DNA of 64,000 nt, from the NCBI GenBank assembly GCA_048246715.1, contig DBFBCB010000037.1, positions 17,703 to 81,702 of the forward strand, given 5' to 3'. Source of the DNA: Collinsella aerofaciens (GTDB lineage Bacteria; Actinomycetota; Coriobacteriia; Coriobacteriales; Coriobacteriaceae). Below, one piece after another: positions 37,663-47,761 of this stretch (position 1 is its first letter; each line of letters starts with the position of its first letter). A model generated the notes under the pieces. It ran no database searches. It worked only from the letters and a program-made list of their open reading frames with translations, and was not told where the DNA came from. Made by a program: the position numbers and the translations under genes.

Positions 37663-38634
37663 CTAACCCGTGTAGCGCTCGCGGTAGGTGTTGCGCTTGG
37701 GCGCGGAACCGTGGCTGCCGTGGTGACGCGTGCGGCTCGCCGTGTTGGTCGCCGGCGCGGCGCCGTGCTTGGAGCTGGCCTGCTTGGGCGGGATGCCGCC
37801 GGCCTTGAGGATCTGCACCTCGCGATCGGTGAGCTCGCGCCATGAACCCTTGGCCACATCCTTGAGCTCCAGGCCGGCAAAGTTGCAGCGATGCAGGCGG
37901 ATCACCGGATGGTGAATCTTGCTCAGCATGCGCTTGACCTGGTTCTTGCGGCCCTCGCGGATGATGACCTCAACGGCAGTGGTGCCGGGCTTGATGCCCT
38001 GCGGGGCCACTGCCTCGGCCTCGCGCGCGTTGATGACACGGCAGATTGCCGGCTGGCACAGGCCGTCGTCGAGCTCGATGCCGCGACGCAGCGGCGCAAG
38101 ATCACGATCGGAAAGCTGCCCGTCGACGAGCGCCTGGTAGGTCTTGTAGACGTGCTTGCTGGGGTGCAGCAGGTCCTGCGACAGGTCGCCGTCGGTGGTA
38201 AAGAGCAAAAGGCCCGTGGTGTCGCGGTCCAGACGGCCCACCGGGAAGAGCCCCGGAAAACGGTCGCGCGGGACCAGGTCGGCCACGCAAGGGCGCTCCT
38301 GCGGATCGCTCATGGTGGTGAGGTAGCCTGTCGGCTTGTAGAGCATCAGGTATACGGCGCCCTGGTTGAGCTTGACGGGCATGCCGTCGACCTCGATATG
38401 GTCGCGATCGACATCGACCTTGGTGCCCAGTTCGGTCGCGACCTGCCCGTTGACGGTCACGCGGCCGGCGGTCATCAGGTCCTCCGAGCCGCGGCGACTC
38501 GCCACGCCCGCGCGCGCCAAAAAGCGCTGCAGGCGCATCGTGTGCGGGCAAACGGGCTGGGCGCCGCCTGCGGGCGTGGTGGTGTCCGTGGCGCCCGCGA
38601 TGCGCGTCTCCCCTGCTTCGTTAGTCCTCGTCAT
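37663..38634 (-). CDS. rluB: RsuA/RluB-family pseudouridine synthase with S4 domain and basic C-tail
   Basis: S4 domain (MRLQRFLARAGVASRR) and catalytic GRLDRDTTGLLL. Start chosen at MTRTNEAG. Confidence 0.88.
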   Translation of the reverse strand: MTRTNEAGETRIAGATDTTTPAGGAQPVCPHTMRLQRFLARAGVASRRGSEDLMTAGRVTVNGQVATELGTKVDVDRDHIEVDGMPVKLNQGAVYLMLYKPTGYLTTMSDPQERPCVADLVPRDRFPGLFPVGRLDRDTTGLLLFTTDGDLSQDLLHPSKHVYKTYQALVDGQLSDRDLAPLRRGIELDDGLCQPAICRVINAREAEAVAPQGIKPGTTAVEVIIREGRKNQVKRMLSKIHHPVIRLHRCNFAGLELKDVAKGSWRELTDREVQILKAGGIPPKQASSKHGAAPATNTASRTRHHGSHGSAPKRNTYRERYTG

Positions 38635-39355
38635 GTATATCCTCCGAGGTATCGACGGTGGGTAGAAGCTCCTCGCCATCGGTATCCTCAACATCGGTGT
38701 CCTCAACATCGGTATCGATCAGTTCGCGCTCTTCGTCCAGGTCCTCAGCCTGCTCCTCGAGCGTAGACTGAATGCTGCGGCCGCTCAGGCGCTCGCGGAT
38801 AAACTGGCGCGACTGCTCATCGGGGGCAAACTGCTCCAGATCGGGCAGATCGCGGGTAGAACGCAGGCCGAACTTTTCCAAGAAGGCGTTGGTCGTGCCG
38901 TAGATGATGGCCTGACCGCGCTCGGGGTCGCGACCGAGCTCGCGCACCAGGCCCTTGTCCACGAGCGACGCGATAACGCCGTCGGAGTTGACGCCGCGGA
39001 TGCCCTTGACCACCTCACGCGTGACGGGCTGGTGATAGGCGATCACGGCCAGGGTCTCGAGCGCCGCCTGCGACAGCTTTTGCGTGTCCCAGCTCAGCAC
39101 ATAGGCCTCGACCACATCGTGGTAGGCGGGGTGTGTAAACAGGCGCCAGCCACCGGCGACCTCGCGCAGCTGAAAACCGCGGTTGGCCTCCTCGTACTCA
39201 ACCTTGAGCTCGGCCAAAAGCGACGCGCACTCGCCCGGGGCGATATCCAGCGCACCTGCCAGCGCGGGTGCGCTCACGGGGTCGCTCGACACCAGCAGCA
39301 GCGCCTCGAGGGCGCCTTTAAGGCTGTTTGCCTCCAGCGTGGAAAGGGTTGACAT
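38621..39355 (-). CDS. scpB: segregation and condensation protein B
   Basis: ALEALLLVSSDPVS, AYHQPVTR, and an acidic C-tail. Confidence 0.9.
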   Translation of the reverse strand: MSTLSTLEANSLKGALEALLLVSSDPVSAPALAGALDIAPGECASLLAELKVEYEEANRGFQLREVAGGWRLFTHPAYHDVVEAYVLSWDTQKLSQAALETLAVIAYHQPVTREVVKGIRGVNSDGVIASLVDKGLVRELGRDPERGQAIIYGTTNAFLEKFGLRSTRDLPDLEQFAPDEQSRQFIRERLSGRSIQSTLEEQAEDLDEERELIDTDVEDTDVEDTDGEELLPTVDTSEDIHDED

Positions 39356-39366
39356 GGTTGGCGCTC

Positions 39367-40176
39367 CTATTCGGTGAGCTCGGGGCCCTCGCCGGGCACG
39401 TATGCCTCGGCGCCCTCGACGCGGTTGATATGAATGGTTCCAAAGATCTCGTCCTGGCTCAGTGTGAGCGAGCCGCGCTTGGCGAGCTCCAGCATGGCCA
39501 GGAAGGTGACGACGAGCTGCTCGGTGGTGGCGTCGCCGTCCAGCAGCTCGCGGAAGGTGCAGGCTTGGTGTGCCATGGTAAAGCGGTCGACCGAGGCCAC
39601 CGTCAGGTCGAGCGGCACGCGATGCGGTGCCACGTGCTCGGCCTCCAGCAGGAAGGTCTGGCGTTTGCCGTCCAGGTCGGCGCAGATGACGGCGAGGCCG
39701 CGCAGGGTAATGCCGGCCAGATAGTCGGGCATAAGGCCTAGGAACTCGGGGTCGGGGCCGGCCACGCGCGGATGCATGCGGCTCTCGGCCTGCATACGCG
39801 CGCCAAGGGCTGCCGCCGCGCCCTTAAACTGCTTGTAGGCGATCAGACGCTGGATCAGGACCTCGCGCAGGGCGTCGCCGTCGAGCGCACTGAGTTCCTC
39901 GAGGTCTTCGTCGTCCTCGTCATCGTCGACTGTCTTGCGCGGGGCCTCCTGGGGCACCAACGAGGCGGCCTTGATGTCCAAAAGAGTTGCCGCGACCAGC
40001 AAAAAGTCGCTCGCCACGTCCAGGTCCAGCGCCTCGATGCGCTCGGCCTCGGCAAGGTATTGCTCGGCTACCTCGCTGATCGAGATGGCACCGATATCAA
40101 CTTTTTGGCGGGTTACCAGCTGCAGCAGCAGGTCGAACGGTCCGCTGTAGACCTGCGTCGACACGCGATACGACAT
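39367..40176 (-). CDS. scpA: segregation and condensation protein A
   Basis: YSGPFDLLLQLVTRQKVDI at the N-terminus. 269 aa. Confidence 0.9.
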   Translation of the reverse strand: MSYRVSTQVYSGPFDLLLQLVTRQKVDIGAISISEVAEQYLAEAERIEALDLDVASDFLLVAATLLDIKAASLVPQEAPRKTVDDDEDDEDLEELSALDGDALREVLIQRLIAYKQFKGAAAALGARMQAESRMHPRVAGPDPEFLGLMPDYLAGITLRGLAVICADLDGKRQTFLLEAEHVAPHRVPLDLTVASVDRFTMAHQACTFRELLDGDATTEQLVVTFLAMLELAKRGSLTLSQDEIFGTIHINRVEGAEAYVPGEGPELTE

Positions 40177-40260
40177 ATTCGACCTCCTTTGACGGCGCCT
40201 TCGCGGCGCGGTTTGGGTGCATGTTACGACCGCTTTGCACGGTCGACCTGTTAGTTTACC

Positions 40261-40944
40261 TTAGATGCCGGCGATTGCGAAGTTGAGCAGCTGCTCAGCA
40301 AGCGGATACACGGTAACGTCGAAATAGCGGCCGATCACGTCGATGCCGGTCCACATGGGCAGCAGGTACAGCACCAGGATGAGTATGGGCATAGCGTATT
40401 GCTGCAGGCGGTAATAGTTGTTGAGCGCCTTGCCCTTGAGGAAGGGCACGATGATCGATGAGCCATCGAGCGGCGGAATCGGGATGAGGTTGAAGAACGC
40501 AAGCGACAGGTTGACCACGATGAACGTAGCGCCGAAATTCATGATCTGTGATGCCAGGGCAAAGGACATGCTGGTGTAGAGGCTGCCATAGGCCAGGCGC
40601 ATGAGGACCGCGGCAAGACACGCGAGTGCGATGTTGGACGCGGGGCCGGCCACGCTCACCAGGACCTCGTCGCGCTTGGGGTGCTTGAGGTTGTTGAGGT
40701 AGACGGGCACTGGCTTGGCGAAGGCGAACACCGGGCCGCCGGCGGCAAGCATGAGCAGAGGCAGGATGATGGTGCCAAACGGGTCGATATGGTTGAGCGG
40801 GTTGAGCGAGACGCGGCCACGGGAGCGGGCCGTCTTGTCGCCAAGCGCCCAGGCCGCGGCTGCGTGCGCGCTCTCGTGGATAACGATGCCCACGATGACG
40901 GCGACCGCGCTGGCGAGTAGGTTCATGAGGTAGCTGCCGGACAT
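40261..40944 (-). CDS. site-2 protease family (M50) membrane metalloprotease
   Basis: HESAHA zinc motif inside TM1. Polytopic. Confidence 0.85.
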   Translation of the reverse strand: MSGSYLMNLLASAVAVIVGIVIHESAHAAAAWALGDKTARSRGRVSLNPLNHIDPFGTIILPLLMLAAGGPVFAFAKPVPVYLNNLKHPKRDEVLVSVAGPASNIALACLAAVLMRLAYGSLYTSMSFALASQIMNFGATFIVVNLSLAFFNLIPIPPLDGSSIIVPFLKGKALNNYYRLQQYAMPILILVLYLLPMWTGIDVIGRYFDVTVYPLAEQLLNFAIAGI

Positions 40945-40953
40945 GTCGATCCC

Positions 40954-41220
40954 CTAGCGGACGCGGCGCGAGGCGCGCGTGAGCAAGTAGTCGGCCACAA
41001 ACAGGATGACGGCCACGATGGCGTAATCCAAGCGGAACACGCCGCCAAAAGGTGAGGTGATGACGCCATAGCCGGCAATGGCGCTCGGCAGTGCGCGAGA
41101 AAGCTCAACGACAAAGCCCACGATCTGCAGCTTGGCGGTGAGGCCGCTAAAGCACAGCAGCACGGTCATCGCGCTCATAAAGATGCCGCAGATGCGACAA
41201 GCGATGGCGATGATGCTCAT
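40954..41220 (-). CDS. small hydrophobic membrane protein
   Basis: Start trimmed to MSIIAIACR so it does not overlap the ABC-F gene. Three hydrophobic segments. Confidence 0.45.
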   Translation of the reverse strand: MSIIAIACRICGIFMSAMTVLLCFSGLTAKLQIVGFVVELSRALPSAIAGYGVITSPFGGVFRLDYAIVAVILFVADYLLTRASRRVR

Positions 41221-41236
41221 CGCCACGGCAGCGGCC

Positions 41237-43270
41237 TTACGAGAGTTCACGCGCGGTCTCCTCTTCGATCTGGGTGGAAAGCTCCAGCCATTCGTCTTCG
41301 AGCTTGGGCAGCTCTTGCTTAAGGCCGTTATATTCCCCCAGCGCGGCGTTGAACTTATCCTGATCGGCATAAAGCTCTTCGCTCGCCATCAATTCCATAA
41401 GCTCGTCATAGCGGGCACGCTTTTTGTCCAGCTCTGCCTCGATCTTCTTGAGCTGGTTGCGCACGCCCTTGAGCTTTTTGTTGAGTGCGGCACGGGCCTG
41501 GGCCTCGGCGCGCTTTTGCTCCTTGGTCTTTTTGCCCTCGGCAGGCTTGGAAGCGGTGGCGGGGGTGTCGGGCTGGGCCGCGGTGACCTTGGCGGACTTG
41601 GTCGCGGCCGGTGCACTCTCCCCTGCCGCCTCGGCGGCGGCGCGGGCTGCGAGGTCCTCGCGCTTGTAGAGGTAGTAGTCGTAGTCGCCGTCATAGACCG
41701 TGACCTTGCCGTCGCGGATGTCGATCACGCGGTTGGCCACCGCGCGCACCAGGTGCTCGTCGTGGCTGATTAGCACGATGGTGCCGGGGAAGTTTTGCAG
41801 GGCGTTCTCGAGCATGTCCACCGAGTCGATGTCCAGGTGGTTGGTGGGCTCGTCCAGGCACAGGAGCGCCTCGGGGGCCACGAGCATCTTGGCGAGCGCC
41901 AGACGCGCCTTTTCGCCGCCGGAGAGGACGCGAACCTGTTTCTCGATGGAATCGTTGTCGCTAAACAGGAAGGCGCCCAGCAGGCTGCGCTGCTGCGGCA
42001 CGGTCCACTTGGGCGTGACGGTGTCGATCTCTTGCAGGACTGTGTTGGACTCGGTCATGCCCTCGAGTGCGTGCTGGGCGTAGTAGGCCACGCCCACGTT
42101 GGTGCCCAGTTCGCGGGTGCCGGTGGTGGGTGGCTCCAGGCCGGCGAGGATCTTCATGAGCGTGGACTTGCCGGCGCCGTTGGGGCCGACGAGCGCCACG
42201 TGCTCGCCGCGGTAGAGCTTGAGGTCGATGTCGCTGTAAATGTGCTTATCGCCGTATGACTTGGAGACGCCCTCGAGGCCCACGACCATGTCGCCGGAGC
42301 GCGGCGGGTCGGGGAACTTAAAGTCGATGTGCTTGTGGCCCTCGGGCAGGATGACGAGCTCCTTTTTGATCTGCTCGATCTTGCGGATGCGCTCCTGGGC
42401 CTGGGCGGCCTTGGTGGGCTTGTAGCGGAACTTGTCGACGAAGACCTGCATGTGGGCGATGTCGCGCTCCTGGGCGGCGCGCTTGGCGCGCATCTGCTCC
42501 AGGTTGTCCTCGCGCTGCTTGAGGTAGCTGCTGTAGTTGCCGGTGTAGGTGGTCACGCGGCGGTTCTCGAGCGCGGCGACGTGGTCGACGCAGGCGTCCA
42601 TGAAGGCGCGGTCGTGGCTGACGATGAGGACGGCGCCGTCGTAGTTGGCAATAAAGCCGCGCAGCCACTGGATGCTCTCGAGGTCCAAGTGGTTGGTGGG
42701 CTCGTCCAGAAGCAGCAGGTCGGGGTGGCGCAGGAAGAGCTTGGCGAGCGCGATGCGCATCTGCCAGCCGCCCGAGAACTCGGAGCACGGGCGCTCAAAG
42801 TCGGTGACCTTAAAGCCCAGACCGGATAGGATCTTACGGGCGTTGCTCTCGAGCTCGTAGCCGCCCAGGTGCTCAAAGCGGTCCTGGACCTGGCCATACT
42901 CGTTAAGGAGTGCGTCGACGTCCTTCCCCTGTTCGGAGAGCTCGGTGATCTGGGCCTGCAGCTCGTTGGCGCGCTCGCCCATGCGGCGGATTTCCTTGGC
43001 AGCGGCCATGACCTCGGCGAGAATGGTGGTGTCCTTTTGCTCCAGGTTGGTTTCCTGCTCTAGGTAGCCCACCTGGCAGTCCTTGGCGTACTGGACCTGG
43101 CCGGCGTCTGGGCTGTCGATGCCCATGATGATTTTGAGCATGGTGGTTTTGCCGGCGCCGTTGGGTCCCACGAGCGCGAAGCGCTCGCCGGGGTTGATCT
43201 GGAAGGACGCGCCGCTAAAGAGGACGCGTGCGCCGAAGCTTTTTTCGATCTTGTCGACCAGGAGGATCAT
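41237..43270 (-). CDS. ABC-F family ATPase (Uup-like, C-terminal coiled coil)
   Basis: Two ABC cassettes (GPNGAGKTT twice, LSGGW/LSGGE signatures), no TM domain, basic coiled-coil tail. Start at [10 protein letters not shown]. Confidence 0.9.
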   Translation of the reverse strand: MILLVDKIEKSFGARVLFSGASFQINPGERFALVGPNGAGKTTMLKIIMGIDSPDAGQVQYAKDCQVGYLEQETNLEQKDTTILAEVMAAAKEIRRMGERANELQAQITELSEQGKDVDALLNEYGQVQDRFEHLGGYELESNARKILSGLGFKVTDFERPCSEFSGGWQMRIALAKLFLRHPDLLLLDEPTNHLDLESIQWLRGFIANYDGAVLIVSHDRAFMDACVDHVAALENRRVTTYTGNYSSYLKQREDNLEQMRAKRAAQERDIAHMQVFVDKFRYKPTKAAQAQERIRKIEQIKKELVILPEGHKHIDFKFPDPPRSGDMVVGLEGVSKSYGDKHIYSDIDLKLYRGEHVALVGPNGAGKSTLMKILAGLEPPTTGTRELGTNVGVAYYAQHALEGMTESNTVLQEIDTVTPKWTVPQQRSLLGAFLFSDNDSIEKQVRVLSGGEKARLALAKMLVAPEALLCLDEPTNHLDIDSVDMLENALQNFPGTIVLISHDEHLVRAVANRVIDIRDGKVTVYDGDYDYYLYKREDLAARAAAEAAGESAPAATKSAKVTAAQPDTPATASKPAEGKKTKEQKRAEAQARAALNKKLKGVRNQLKKIEAELDKKRARYDELMELMASEELYADQDKFNAALGEYNGLKQELPKLEDEWLELSTQIEEETARELS

Positions 43271-43472
43271 GGTGCCGCCTTTGACCTTGTGTGCCAATAT
43301 GAAAAAAGGCCCCAACTTGCGTTGGAGCCTCATTCAATGCTCGGGTGGAGACGAGGGGGATCGAACCCCTGACCTCTTGACTGCCAGTCAAGCGCTCTCC
43401 CAGCTGAGCTACGCCCCCGTGCGAAGAAGTACTATACGGGAACTCGGACCACGATGCAAGGACAATTTTGGA
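43246..43472. repeat. 227-bp duplicated block, copy 1 (5' end and promoter of the ABC-F gene plus tRNA-Ala)
   Basis: Near-identical to 43795-44021. Confidence 0.85.
43346..43418 (-). tRNA. tRNA-Ala (GGC anticodon)
   Basis: GGGGGCG acceptor with G3:U70, anticodon loop CUGGCAG, T-loop GGTTCGATCC. Confidence 0.9.
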
Positions 43473-43618
43473 AAAACTTTCCGCCGCGGCGTCCCGGCAG
43501 CCGACCCGGGGCGCCCGGAAGCTGGCAGGACGGCCTTCTATCGACCGATATGTAAGCTATATAAAAGAAAGAATAAAAGAAAGAAGGCCAGACATAGTGC
43601 CTGGCCTTCTGGAAATTC

Positions 43619-43694
43619 TGGTGGGCCCTCCGGGATTCGAACCCAGAACCCAGGGATTATGAGTCCCCTGCGCTAACCGTTGCGCCAAGAGCCC
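43619..43694 (-). tRNA. tRNA with CAT anticodon (elongator Met, or Ile2 if lysidine-modified)
   Basis: GGGCTCT acceptor with a paired 1:72, anticodon loop CUCAUAA, encoded CCA, and a terminator hairpin at 43582-43612. Confidence 0.88.
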
Positions 43695-43794
43695 TTGTAG
43701 TTAGTGGCTGTGATAGTAATGTCGGCTATCCATTTGCATTAGTTTTGCACCACGAGGAGAAATACTACCATGCACGCGACGGTCGTTCAACGCA

Positions 43795-44021
43795 CGATCT
43801 TGTCGACAAGGAGGATCATGGTGCCGCCTTTGACCTTGTGTGCCTATATGAAAAAAGGCCCCAACTTGCGTTGGAGCCTCATTCAATGCTCGGGTGGAGA
43901 CGAGGGGGATCGAACCCCTGACCTCTTGACTGCCAGTCAAGCGCTCTCCCAGCTGAGCTACGCCCCCGTGCGAGAAAGTACTATACGGGAACTCCCCCGC
44001 CGATGCAAGGACAATTTTGGA
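43795..44021. repeat. 227-bp duplicated block, copy 2 (includes a 24-nt stub of the ABC-F start)
   Basis: GATCTTGTCGACAAGGAGGATCATGGTGCC ... GGACAATTTTGGA. Confidence 0.85.
43895..43967 (-). tRNA. tRNA-Ala (GGC), second identical copy
   Basis: Same sequence as 43346-43418. Confidence 0.9.
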
Positions 44022-44120
44022 TAATTTCGCAGTCGCGGCGCGGGCCGCCATCCGCCCAACGGCCGTCCTGCCGGCGCCAGGCCCGTTATCGGGGCCGATC
44101 GCGCTCCCGCCGACCCGGCG

Positions 44121-44283
44121 ATTTCAAAACCATGCCGGTTTACGGGGCCGGGCCGGGAACCCCCCGAGCATGCCGTCATCGGTAAAATCAAAACCGCAGG
44201 TAGACGGCTTGCGCATTCCGTGAAATGCAGGGCATGGACGGCCGGTCCGGGTCCAGCACCGTAATCCGGCATAGTTTTGAAAT
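44121..44283. repeat. long imperfect palindrome (25-nt outer arms, 23/25 match)
   Basis: ATTTCAAAACCATGCCGGTTTACGG versus the reverse complement of CCGTAATCCGGCATAGTTTTGAAAT. Confidence 0.65.
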
Positions 44284-44335
44284 GAAATTAATTCACTAAC
44301 AGGCAAACTAGGTAGTTCTAGCGCCTTGTCGCCGA

Positions 44336-45493
44336 CTAATTTCCGATTTCCAACCAGTTGCACAAAACATTTGCTCGCAGTCGCGTCTCGGCTGACTTCA
44401 TTGCTTCAGTTTTGGCTTTATAGCGAATCCCTAAACGGTCGCAGACGCTCCTGACTATGGTGTCTAGCTGCTTTGAATCGTTGAGCATATCGTGAGTCAC
44501 CAGGAATACATCGAATCCCATGCTCTGCAACGCAGTCATGCGCTCGGCATCGTGGTCAAGTACCGCGCCAGATCCATGGATGACTTCACCTTGGATCTCG
44601 ATAATTACCGCCTTCATCAGGATTGGATTTACGATCACGATATCGCCGTAGCAAACCTTTTGCCCTGCGATGCTTTGGGCCGCCATGGATAGAGGGGTTA
44701 AATCGTTGAGGTACACGTATCTGAATCCTGCACCACCTAGACGTCGAGAACGACTTAGAAGCAGGACCCCAGCGACCTCGAGTGGAGACGCAGCAATGCC
44801 GATAACCTGCTGAGCGGCATCATAAAACTGCTTTCCCCACATTTGACTTTTGACCTTGTCGGCGAAACGATGCAGGTCGCTCAGTTCGATGAGCGGCTTT
44901 CTCATCCAAAGAGAAGTACCTTTGAGTTTCGTGAGCTCTCTTCCATCTTCACGCTTGCTCTTTTGGCCATCATTATCTGGGTCCTTTACGGTTGCACGGG
45001 CATAAACTCGTTTCCAAGGAACCTCGTCTTCGCCTTGTCCAAGTTCGAACAAATCCTGCGTGCTGGAATTGCGATTCTCCTCTACCGCCATTTTTAGCTG
45101 CATTTCGACAGCGGGGGTCGGCTCGAATACAGAAAACCAGCCGCAAAGTTCGTACATAGCCAGTACAAGATCTATTTGGGACACAAAGCGCGTCATAGTA
45201 AATAACGTGTTAAGCGGATTGGTGACACAAAAGCCTAAATGAGTGTCGATTGTTGTGCTGACATCCGATGCCCCTTCCCAGCGAATAGTGGAGCGCAATC
45301 CCGAGTGGTGATTACAACAACCTGGCGAAGCAACAGCGATAATCGGGGTCTTGAGGACGTCGGTTACGAAAGGGGCTTGGGATAGAGCTCGCCAGCCTTC
45401 TTCGGAGTTGGGTAGGCGCGGGTAGAGGTCATGCACCTGCGGTGGGCAGCGCCAGTAGCGGAATGCGGTGTTTGCGCAGACGATTTCGTCCAT
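44336..45493 (-). CDS. hypothetical protein with a C-terminal DUF559/Vsr-like endonuclease-type domain
   Basis: C-terminal IEIQGEVIHGSGAVLDHDAERMTALQSMGFDVFLVTHDML pattern. Start at MDEIV with RBS AGGGGAGG. Confidence 0.55.
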   Translation of the reverse strand: MDEIVCANTAFRYWRCPPQVHDLYPRLPNSEEGWRALSQAPFVTDVLKTPIIAVASPGCCNHHSGLRSTIRWEGASDVSTTIDTHLGFCVTNPLNTLFTMTRFVSQIDLVLAMYELCGWFSVFEPTPAVEMQLKMAVEENRNSSTQDLFELGQGEDEVPWKRVYARATVKDPDNDGQKSKREDGRELTKLKGTSLWMRKPLIELSDLHRFADKVKSQMWGKQFYDAAQQVIGIAASPLEVAGVLLLSRSRRLGGAGFRYVYLNDLTPLSMAAQSIAGQKVCYGDIVIVNPILMKAVIIEIQGEVIHGSGAVLDHDAERMTALQSMGFDVFLVTHDMLNDSKQLDTIVRSVCDRLGIRYKAKTEAMKSAETRLRANVLCNWLEIGN

Positions 45494-45873
45494 GTGGCCT
45501 CCCCTGGTTTCGACCGTAGGCCGTGTGGATTGCGGGCATGGCCGATTATCTACCGGGGCATCATGCGGGTAAGTACCGGAAGCAAACCAAAAGCTTGACG
45601 AGTTCCGCCGGAAAACCGTCGTGAGATAGATATCCGCTGGAAGACGCTCTGGGCATATGGTCCCTGTCTCCACATTTGCACTTGGATCCCATGGGGAATT
45701 CAATGAAAATTCGCATGCGTTTTATACAAAACATGCAATGGCGTCAGCAAAAAGGGTGCGATAAAAATGACGCCTTAGACGACAACGATTTGTTCTTGGT
45801 GCCAGTTTTGGTGTCACCCTTGGTGAAAAAAGAAAAAGGCCAGAGGCTTAACACCTCTGACCTGTGCTTTAGA

Positions 45874-45948
45874 TGGTGGGCGATACAAGATTCGAACTTG
45901 TGACCCCATCCGTGTGAAGGATATGCTCTACCCCTGAGCCAATCGCCC
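45874..45948 (-). tRNA. tRNA-Val (CAC anticodon)
   Basis: GGGCGAT acceptor, anticodon loop UUCACAC, T-loop AAGTTCGAATCTT, encoded CCA, and a terminator hairpin at 45838-45868. Confidence 0.9.
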
Positions 45949-46086
45949 GTCGCCTTTCGGCAAAAGAGATACTATCATAGCCGCGCGTGGTTTACCAAGA
46001 ACTTTTTGCCCCCGATTTTAAATTCGTGGGCGCAGACCGCGCCACCGTAATCAGGGCAGCCGACAAACCCCCAGCTCAACAGCCCT

Positions 46087-46875
46087 TCATCGCTTAATCC
46101 ACGAGGTCTCGGGGCGGCAGATAAGTCGCGCGTTGTTGTAGGCCATGTCGAGCGTGAGGCAGGTGCGCGCGGCGTAAAAGCCGTCCTCGCGCTGGATGGT
46201 CAGCGCCAGCTCGGGCTTGTCGCCGGTCAGGCACAGTGGCAACAGCAGTTGGATCCGGCCGCCGTAGAACTGCGGCACCGCGAGCGTGTAGTTGGCGGCG
46301 GCGCGGCGGGCGGCCTCGACGACGGCGCCCTCAAAGGCGCGGCGCAGCAGCAGCGAGTTGTCCTCCCCCATCAGGCTGGCGGGAATACGCGTAAGGTTCT
46401 CCTCGTCGCCCAAAATGTGGTCGATGTTGGAGCGGATGGGCAGGCGGTAGTCAAAGACCAGCTCGGAGGGGTCCTCGGCAAAGCGCACGCGGCACGGCAG
46501 GTACTCAAATGAGACCAGCATGGGGTCGCTCTCCTTAAAGAAGCCCTTCAAAAACCAGCGCTGGCGCGCGTCGGGCTTGGTGTTGGGCTCAAACAGGCCG
46601 TAGATGGTCTCGTAGCGGCGCGTGTACAGGCCGGTGTTGAACAGGCAGCGGTCGCCGTCGAACACCAACGGCAGGTTGGACGGCGCGGTCTGGTTCACGT
46701 CGCGTTCGGTCAGAAACACCGCGCGGCTAAACGAGAACGACAGGTAATTCTTAAGGATACGGTTGTTGGGACCCCAGTCCTCGGGATCGGCGAGGTCTAC
46801 CAGGCGGTCGTAACAGGGCTCGGGGCAAAACGCAAAGTCGTAGACATTGCTGCACAGGGTGTTGGGGATCTCCAT
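46087..46875 (-). CDS. DUF3825 domain protein
   Basis: LKNYLSFSFSRA, FNTGLYTRRYETIY, QLLLPLCL and LTLDMAYNNARLI blocks recalled for DUF3825. Confidence 0.55.
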   Translation of the reverse strand: MEIPNTLCSNVYDFAFCPEPCYDRLVDLADPEDWGPNNRILKNYLSFSFSRAVFLTERDVNQTAPSNLPLVFDGDRCLFNTGLYTRRYETIYGLFEPNTKPDARQRWFLKGFFKESDPMLVSFEYLPCRVRFAEDPSELVFDYRLPIRSNIDHILGDEENLTRIPASLMGEDNSLLLRRAFEGAVVEAARRAAANYTLAVPQFYGGRIQLLLPLCLTGDKPELALTIQREDGFYAARTCLTLDMAYNNARLICRPETSWIKR

Positions 46876-47091
46876 GTGGCGTCCAATCCAATTGATAGCT
46901 GGCGGGCGGATGCTTTGATTCTATACGGGCGACACGTCGCCGGTACGCGCAACGCAATTGCATCGAGGTTTTTTGGCGAGTTAGGCCATCGCCGGCGTGA
47001 TAAGGTTGGCCCCTCGGTACGGGCGTCGATCGTGCAGCCGTCGACCACCAGCGCTTGGGATACCAAAGGAGCCGCGTCAGCCAAGGCTGCA

Positions 47092-47475
47092 TCAGCTCTG
47101 GCGCTGTCTGAAGATACGCAACGCTTTCTCTAGCTCAGGAATATCATCGACGATAACTTTCCATGCAAGGGATCGATCGACTTCTCGATATCCATGTGCT
47201 ACGTATCCATGTGCTACGAAATTTCGAAAACCCCCAATATCGTTCCAAGGATACTCCGGAAAAGCCGATTGGATCTCATCGGAAAGATGGAGTGCATCCT
47301 CGGCGATTCTGTAGACGGGGCTCATGATCGCGTCGTAAGCAAGCTCACCTTCCTCGCTCCGATCGCTAACGAAAGAGTTTTCCGTGGCATCAAAATAATC
47401 GATTCGTCTAGCCAGAGTTTCGCAATCGGAAAGAATGACCCCGATGAGCTCCTCGTCCCGTTTACGCCGCTTCAT
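47092..47475 (-). CDS. hepT: HepT-like (DUF86) RNase toxin
   Basis: R-x4-H-x-Y motif FRNFVAHGY. Overlaps the MntA stop by 14 nt. Carries an in-frame 15-bp tandem duplication. Confidence 0.8.
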   Translation of the reverse strand: MKRRKRDEELIGVILSDCETLARRIDYFDATENSFVSDRSEEGELAYDAIMSPVYRIAEDALHLSDEIQSAFPEYPWNDIGGFRNFVAHGYVAHGYREVDRSLAWKVIVDDIPELEKALRIFRQRQS

Positions 47476-47761
47476 AGAGACGCACCTCATCCTTTTCAAT
47501 GCTCTTGCGAAATGCAGGGCGCATATGCTCGGGAGGGTTGGTGACAATCTCAACATCTCGCCCGAGCTCTTCTTCGAGCTCAAGGGAGAGTTCGTATAGC
47601 GTGCCGAACGTCATTGTTTCACCGCAGACAAGACGCAAATCAATATCGCTATCTGGCGTTTGCTCGCCACGGGCGAAGGGGCCAAATAGGTATGCCTCGC
47701 GGACGTCGTAACGAGACAGCACACGAGAAACAGCAGCGGATATGTCGACAAGCGTAATCAT
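47462..47761 (-). CDS. mntA: MntA-like nucleotidyltransferase antitoxin
   Basis: LFGPFARGEQTPDSDIDL matches G-x-x-x-R-G-x(n)-D-x-D. Confidence 0.82.
   Translation of the reverse strand: MITLVDISAAVSRVLSRYDVREAYLFGPFARGEQTPDSDIDLRLVCGETMTFGTLYELSLELEEELGRDVEIVTNPPEHMRPAFRKSIEKDEVRLYEAA

Noticed and set aside
43246-44021. The tRNA-Ala duplication read as attL/attR of the defence island.
   Set aside because: The whole tRNA plus both flanks and a stub of the neighbouring gene are duplicated, and the island lies on the 5' side of the tRNA. This does not fit integrase-mediated 3'-half duplication.
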